DNA of 32,217 bases from NCBI GenBank assembly GCA_028870105.1, contig JAGWQI010000002.1:1-32217 (forward strand), written 5' to 3'. Positions 24,440 through 29,445 of the stretch are shown here, one piece after another (positions within the stretch are counted from its first letter, which is position 1; each line of letters begins with the position of its first letter). The notes under the pieces were generated by a model. The model was not told where the DNA came from, made no database searches, and saw nothing but the letters and a program-made list of their open reading frames with translations. This DNA comes from Patescibacteria group bacterium. Lineage in GTDB: Bacteria; Patescibacteriota; Doudnabacteria; UBA920. The position numbers and the translations under genes were made by a program.

Positions 24440-25882
24440 TTAGACGTGCAGATCCGCAGCCCCTTCGAGCTTGCCGGCAAACGGTCTGAGCGCCGGCTGC
24501 ACTTCGAGCTCCAAAAACTCTTCAACCTGCAGGCCAGCGCGCCCGAAGAACCGCTCCGGACAGAGAAAATCAGAAAGCGCTTTGTGAACGGGCGCAAAGT
24601 AGCTGTCCACTTGCAGACGCTTAAACAGGTCGTTTTCGCGGCCTTCTTCTTTGACGACCGCACCGGCAGCCAAACTATGCTGCGCCAGCCGCGTGTGGCA
24701 CTCCTGCCGGTCGCCCCCGCGCTTGACCATTTCGGCAATGATCTCCTCGGAAGCCATGAACGGCAGCTCCTCGCGGAGGTGACGTTCAATCATTCTCGGG
24801 TAAACGATCAAGCCTTCAGCGATATTTTGCAGCAAGATGGTCACGGCGTCGGCGGCCAGGAACGCCTCAGGAAGATACAGCCGCCGAATGGCGCTGTCGT
24901 CCAGCGTGCGTTCGAAAATCTGGGTCGCGTGCGTATCGGCTGCCATGGCGGGCTGGCCGATGAGGAAGCGCCCGAGCGCGCAAGCCCGTTCGCTGCGCAT
25001 GGGATTGCGCTTGTACGGCATGGCGCTGGAACCCTTTTGGTCCTTTTCCCGAGGTTCCTCAACTTCTTTGAGGAACTGCAGGAGCCGGATATCCAGCCCC
25101 ATCTTATGGGCTGAAGCGCCGAGTCCGGAAAGGACCGATAGAAGTTGGTGGTCGGTCTTGCGCGTGTAAGTCTGGCCAGTGATGGGGTACGGGCAGCTAA
25201 AACCGAAGACAGCCGCCATCTTCTTTTCGAGCTCCCACACTTTGGTATGGTCTCCATCGAACAAAGCCAGAAAACTCGCTTGAGTACCCGTGGTTCCCTT
25301 GACCCCCCGAAACATCAAGTTATTGCGAAAGCTTTGCAGCGCCTCGAGATCCAAAAGCAGGTCGAACATCCACAAGGTCGCGCGCTTGCCCACCGTGGTC
25401 GGCTGGGCAGGCTGAATGTGGGTGAAAGCCAAAGTGGCCAGATCCTTATACTTGCGCGCGAAGCTGGCGAGGCGGTGCAGGGTCCGGGCGACGCCCAGGA
25501 TAATCAAATCGAGCGCGTCGCGAATCAGAATCAGGTCGGTGTTGTCCGTCGGCTCGCAGCTCGTGGCCCCGAGATGGATAATCGGTTTGGCCGTCGGGCA
25601 AACTTCGCCGTAATGGGCGATGTGGGCGAGCACGTCGTGGCGCTTCTGCTTTTCCAGTTCAGCCACGCGCGCATAGTCGATTGGCGTGTGAATGTTCCGC
25701 TCGAGTTCGGCGACTTGGTCTTGGCTGATGGGCAAGCCGAGCTGCATTAGCGCTCGCGCAAGCTCTGTCCAAAAGTGCCGCCAAGTCGCGAATTTGCGAT
25801 CAGGTGACCACAGCCGCATCATTGCCTGCGATGGCCACCGTTCAATCAACGGCGACAGGTAAACGTCTGTGCGGTTTAGCAC
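24440..25882 (-). CDS. purB: Adenylosuccinate lyase
   Basis: Fumarate-lyase signature GSSAMPYKRNPMRSE, plus RGVKGTTGTQASFL, ITGQTYTRK, FERTLDDSA. I favour GTG at 25882, preceded by AAGGGGGA plus 5 nt. The track's ATG at 25954 has no SD and would put a terminator hairpin inside the CDS. Confidence 0.9.
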   Translation of the reverse strand: MLNRTDVYLSPLIERWPSQAMMRLWSPDRKFATWRHFWTELARALMQLGLPISQDQVAELERNIHTPIDYARVAELEKQKRHDVLAHIAHYGEVCPTAKPIIHLGATSCEPTDNTDLILIRDALDLIILGVARTLHRLASFARKYKDLATLAFTHIQPAQPTTVGKRATLWMFDLLLDLEALQSFRNNLMFRGVKGTTGTQASFLALFDGDHTKVWELEKKMAAVFGFSCPYPITGQTYTRKTDHQLLSVLSGLGASAHKMGLDIRLLQFLKEVEEPREKDQKGSSAMPYKRNPMRSERACALGRFLIGQPAMAADTHATQIFERTLDDSAIRRLYLPEAFLAADAVTILLQNIAEGLIVYPRMIERHLREELPFMASEEIIAEMVKRGGDRQECHTRLAQHSLAAGAVVKEEGRENDLFKRLQVDSYFAPVHKALSDFLCPERFFGRAGLQVEEFLELEVQPALRPFAGKLEGAADLHV

Positions 25883-25890
25883 AACTTCCC

Positions 25891-25926
25891 CCTTTATTAA
25901 AATCAACCGAGCGTAAGCTCGGTTGA
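25891..25926 (-). terminator. Hairpin plus T-run between galE and purB (terminator or attenuator)
   Basis: Perfect 10-bp stem tcaaccgagc / gctcggttga (25903-25926) with a 4-nt loop. On the minus strand it is followed by TTTTAATAAAGG. Confidence 0.6.
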
Positions 25927-25968
25927 CAGCATTGTAATCTAAAATGGCAGCCATTACAAGACCAAAAT

Positions 25969-27123
25969 TTACCCGTTAATTTGCTTCCAACTAGTGTTAA
26001 TAATAGTCGGCAAATCGCTGTATTCACAGGAAAAGTCCAACTCCCGGCTAATTTTTGTATTGTCCGCTACCGTGGCCGGAGCGTCGCCAGCTCGACGCGT
26101 CCCGATTTCCATCGGGATAATCTTATTCAACGTTTCCGACGCGCCGTTAATAATTTCCTTAACGCTCAAACCTTTGCCCGTGCCGATGTTATAAATTTTA
26201 AAGCTATCGCCCTGGTCTAGCGCCGGTAAGGCAAGTAAATGCGCGTGGCAAATATCCAGCACGTGCACGTAATCGCGCAAACAAGTGCCATCCGTCGTGT
26301 TATAATCATCCCCGTAAACGGTAATGGCCGGCCTCTTGCCCGCGGCTACGCCCAAGACTATTGGGATCAAATGGCTTTCGTGCGTAGGCTTAATTTTGCC
26401 GTCAAAATCACAACCGCAAGCGTTAAAATAACGAAAAACCACGCTGCGCATGCCGGCGTGCTGGCAGAAATAACGGATCAATTTTTCACCGAGCATTTTA
26501 GTGTGGCCGTATGGGTTATTAGGCCGCAGCTTAGCCGTTTCCGAGATCGGCTGTTGTTCCTGTTCGCCGTAAACCGCGGCTGACGATGAAAAAATAATTT
26601 TTTTGACACCAGTTTCCTGCATGGCCAATAAAAGCTTGGCCGTATTTACCACATTGTTATTGAAATACTTGTCCGGCTGGCGCACCGACTCCTCTACCTC
26701 AATGCTCGCGGCCATGTGGAATACCGCGCCAATGCCATTTGCGGTTAAAACGTCGCGCAACAAATTTTCGTCAGCCAAATCCCCTTCCACAAACTTAGCG
26801 CGGCTATCAACGTTTTCTCTCTTGCCGGTGGAAAGGTTGTCGATTACAGAAACCTCGTAATTGGCATCGCATAATTGCTTTACTAAATGTCCCCCAATGT
26901 AACCGGCGCCGCCGGTCACTAAAATTTTCGGTTTATCCATATTCATAGCATACTGCGAACGGGCCGCCGGCGCAACCGGATCAGCGGCGGCATGATTCAG
27001 TAATTCGTTATATTTATCCACCGTAAGCACTACCGCGGCCGGCTGGTTATCCACGTTTAAAATCAAGCCACCGCCTCGGCTTTGGGCCTCCCAAATCAAT
27101 TCCTGTAAATAGATATTATCCAC
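25969..27123 (-). CDS. galE: UDP-glucose 4-epimerase with a ~61-aa N-terminal extension resembling a Phd/YefM antitoxin fold
   Basis: GalE core from MDKPKILVTGGAGYIGGHLV with catalytic YGHTK. The extension is in the same ORF from GTG 27123, preceded by AGGG plus 5 nt: MDNIYLQELIWEAQSRGGGLILNVDNQPAAVVLTVDKYNELLN. Confidence 0.88.
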   Translation of the reverse strand: MDNIYLQELIWEAQSRGGGLILNVDNQPAAVVLTVDKYNELLNHAAADPVAPAARSQYAMNMDKPKILVTGGAGYIGGHLVKQLCDANYEVSVIDNLSTGKRENVDSRAKFVEGDLADENLLRDVLTANGIGAVFHMAASIEVEESVRQPDKYFNNNVVNTAKLLLAMQETGVKKIIFSSSAAVYGEQEQQPISETAKLRPNNPYGHTKMLGEKLIRYFCQHAGMRSVVFRYFNACGCDFDGKIKPTHESHLIPIVLGVAAGKRPAITVYGDDYNTTDGTCLRDYVHVLDICHAHLLALPALDQGDSFKIYNIGTGKGLSVKEIINGASETLNKIIPMEIGTRRAGDAPATVADNTKISRELDFSCEYSDLPTIINTSWKQING

Positions 27124-27145
27124 AATAACCCTAATAATTAAGCGA

Positions 27146-27180
27146 AAACACAGCTTTATAAAATACTAAAAGCTGTGTTT
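27146..27180 (-). terminator. Hairpin downstream of the surface-protein gene
   Basis: 12-bp perfect stem aaacacagcttt / aaagctgtgttt with an 11-nt loop. The T-run is only modest on the minus strand. Confidence 0.4.
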
Positions 27181-27295
27181 GTGTTTTAGTTTAGGCCCTA
27201 AGGCTTAACTACATCATACACCAGGCAAAAATAAACGCAAATTCAAAATCTACGTTACCACCAAGCTGTGCCAAGCCTTCCAATCCAACCACAGG

Positions 27296-28744
27296 CTACT
27301 GCATCTCCCTCGCCGTTACCGCCTCGCCCACGGGCAAAGAAAGGTCAGCGGCATTAGCTTTAACCACCATGGAAAAATCGTTCATGGAAAAATCGTTTTT
27401 GCGATGCCAAGAGTTGTAAACACCTAAAGAAATGTAAGGATGTCGCTGATTATCTATAGCAATGTAGTAGATGGTGCCGGAGACGTTGATATCAGTACCG
27501 GGAAGGTGAACAGATATACCATCGCTTAGGTTCGCAGCTCTTGGCAAAGCCTGCAGCTCTGAATCAGTAACAATTAAAACAGAACTAAAACTAAAGCCCA
27601 AAGCATGAAAAACCGTAGCAGAAGTAAAGGCATAACGGGTTTGGTTGGAGACAAAGTAGACTGTAAGGTCTTCTTTACTCTTGACCAAAGAACCATTACC
27701 GGGAAGCAATAAAGGGCCATCGGGCAGAGCAAGATCGGCTGTGGTGACCGGTACGGCTTGGTTGAAGTTAAATCCATAGGTATACAGGATTCCTGGGGAG
27801 GTGACGCCCTGCTTTTGGCCGTTTTGGATAAGGTAGAAGGTGTCGTTATCAGTAACCAGTCTGGCGGTTAAAAAGGCTGAGTTGCCGTACTGCAAACCCA
27901 CGAAAGTCGAAGGAATTATGGACGTACTAACCGGAGGGACGGAACCTCCTCCTCCCCCACCCCCACTTCCGACACTCGCGGAAAGTACAGACGAAGGACT
28001 AGAGGTTCCAAGAGCATTAATGGCAGAGACGCGGAAATCATAAGAGCTGTTCACTAAAGAAGAAATTGTGGCAGAGGTGCTGGTGCTGGCAGTATGACTA
28101 AAGGTTGACCAAGAAGAAACGGAAGAGTCTTTGTACTCAATGAAGTAGTCAGTAATAGCGGAACCGCCGTTGCTCGATGGAGCACCCCAAGTCAGGGATA
28201 CCGAACCGTTTTTGACCGTAGCAGCCAGGGAGGTAGGCGGGGTGGAAGTAGTAGAATTTTGAACAGTCACCGAAATGGAAGCTGAAGTGGTGGTATTTCC
28301 GGCCAAGTCTCGGGAGACGGCAAAGATAGTGTGGGCTCCGGACAAGGCGCTAACATCCCAAGTCGTGGAATAAGTAGACGGAGCCGAGGTGGCGGTAATC
28401 TCTGAGCCGATCTGGTTAGAGAGGCTGTCATAGTAAAACTTCACACCCTGGACGCCCTGGCCAATACTGTCAAAGTTATCGGTAGAGGTGGCGGTGACGG
28501 TTACGGTTCCGCCAATGGTAGAGCCATTGGTGGGAGAGGTCATGGTTACGGCCGGGGGTGAAGTATCTGTCCCATTGACCGCACCTAACCAAGTCACCGT
28601 GTTGGTATCACCGGGATAAGTAGTAGCATAAGCCACATTGGTGGAGGCAAAACCGTCTTTAGTCCAATTAATCAAAGCTTGGATGGGACCGCAACCTGAG
28701 CCGCAGCCAATGGAAGCGTCGGTATACGTGGTGGAAGAAGCCAC
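27296..28744 (-). CDS. Largest intact reading frame of the disrupted surface-protein gene: Ig-like domain, FN3 domain, poly-Gly linker, three copies of the shared repeat
   Basis: Ig-like PPAVTMTSPTNGSTIGGTVTVTATSTD...ISVTV. FN3 PPTSLAATVKNGSVSLTWGAPSSNGGSAITDYFIEYK...YDFRVSAINALGTSSPS. Linker GSGGGGGGGS. Repeats include PGNGSLVKSKEDLTVYFVSNQTRYAF. As drawn it starts at a GTG and has no signal peptide. Confidence 0.7.
   Translation of the reverse strand: MASSTTYTDASIGCGSGCGPIQALINWTKDGFASTNVAYATTYPGDTNTVTWLGAVNGTDTSPPAVTMTSPTNGSTIGGTVTVTATSTDNFDSIGQGVQGVKFYYDSLSNQIGSEITATSAPSTYSTTWDVSALSGAHTIFAVSRDLAGNTTTSASISVTVQNSTTSTPPTSLAATVKNGSVSLTWGAPSSNGGSAITDYFIEYKDSSVSSWSTFSHTASTSTSATISSLVNSSYDFRVSAINALGTSSPSSVLSASVGSGGGGGGGSVPPVSTSIIPSTFVGLQYGNSAFLTARLVTDNDTFYLIQNGQKQGVTSPGILYTYGFNFNQAVPVTTADLALPDGPLLLPGNGSLVKSKEDLTVYFVSNQTRYAFTSATVFHALGFSFSSVLIVTDSELQALPRAANLSDGISVHLPGTDINVSGTIYYIAIDNQRHPYISLGVYNSWHRKNDFSMNDFSMVVKANAADLSLPVGEAVTAREMQ
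27368..27397. repeat. Perfect 15-bp tandem duplication (in-frame, NDFSM x2)
   Basis: catggaaaaatcgtt at 27368-27382 is repeated exactly at 27383-27397. Confidence 0.95.
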
Positions 28745-29389
28745 GGCAGTGCGAAGCCAGTAAAGAGAAGCTCATTCCCAGTTGTTGCGCCAAGTGGAGT
28801 CCACGGTACACGTCACGCCTGCGGTAGAAGCGTAATTAAGCGTCACGCTAGTTAAATAAGGAGTTCCGGTTGTGCTGGAACTTGTGATTGTGACGCCACC
28901 CCCGGTGGTGGAACAGGTGAATAGCGAGGCTGCCGACAGATGAAGCGCAGTTACATCGACCACACTGGAAGTTGCCGCCGCCGGTGATGGATTGAAGATA
29001 CGAGGTCACCAGAACCGCCCCATTTACGCCGACAATAAGGTTGGGAACGTCCTGGGTGACTGTATGATTAATAGTGACCGTATCGCCAAGGCCGGGAACT
29101 ACGCCGCCGGTCCAGGTGGAAGTCGCCGACCAGTTGCCGTTTTGAGCCGAGGTAATGGCTATGGCTTGAACTGACGAGACTTTGAGAAAGTATGCCAAAA
29201 ACAAAGCGCAAAAAAAAGCCGCAAATGAAAAACATACTTTATCATCAGTTTAGGACTCTGGTACCTGATTGTACTATTCATGCTTTGATTCCCAACAGTT
29301 AATGCGAATCAGCCACATTTATTATAGCTTACTAACCCATATCTTTCACAAAAAACCTGTGGAAAACGTTGGCTTTCGGCATAATTATG

Positions 29390-29428
29390 AAAAACAAAAC
29401 AGGACAAACCATTTAAGGCTTGCCCTGT
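29390..29428 (-). terminator. Rho-independent terminator of the giant surface-protein gene
   Basis: The minus strand reads ACAGGGCAAGCC ttaaat GGTTTGTCCTGT TTTGTTTTTC. The two non-Watson-Crick positions are G-U on the minus strand but A-C on the plus strand, which fixes the orientation. Confidence 0.65.
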
Positions 29429-29445
29429 TTAAAACTTTGAATTAC

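Larger units (their letters stand above)
27296..29245 (-). pseudogene. Surface protein gene interrupted by two frameshifts and one in-frame TGA (pseudogene, phase-off allele, or assembly errors)
   Basis: ATG 29245 (MIKYVFHLRLFF) leaves frame at the T8 run (plus-strand A8, 29210-29217). The middle piece 29204..28848 encodes ...CALFLAYFLKVSSVQA/IAITSAQNGNWSATSTWTGGVVPGLGDTVTI. The frame switches again within 28964-29005, near GGCGGCGGC. TGA at 28772-28774 is in frame with the ORF 28744..27296. Confidence 0.55.

Noticed and set aside
24313-25750. Five long ORFs overlapping purB in other frames or on the other strand (24313..24789 -, 24434..25114 +, 24837..25169 +, 24841..25257 -, 25145..25750 +).
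   Set aside because: They have Arg/Ala/Gly/Pro-rich, low-information translations with no motifs. They are the expected stop-codon-poor shadow frames of a GC-rich gene whose own frame carries an unambiguous adenylosuccinate lyase sequence.
28772-28774. In-frame TGA as evidence for a UGA-recoding genetic code (as in Gracilibacteria/SR1-type lineages) or for selenocysteine.
   Set aside because: TGA ends both GT2 genes at sensible positions (11134 and 12005, the latter in a typical ATGCTTGA start/stop overlap). All housekeeping genes here read normally with the standard code. No SECIS-like context was noticed.
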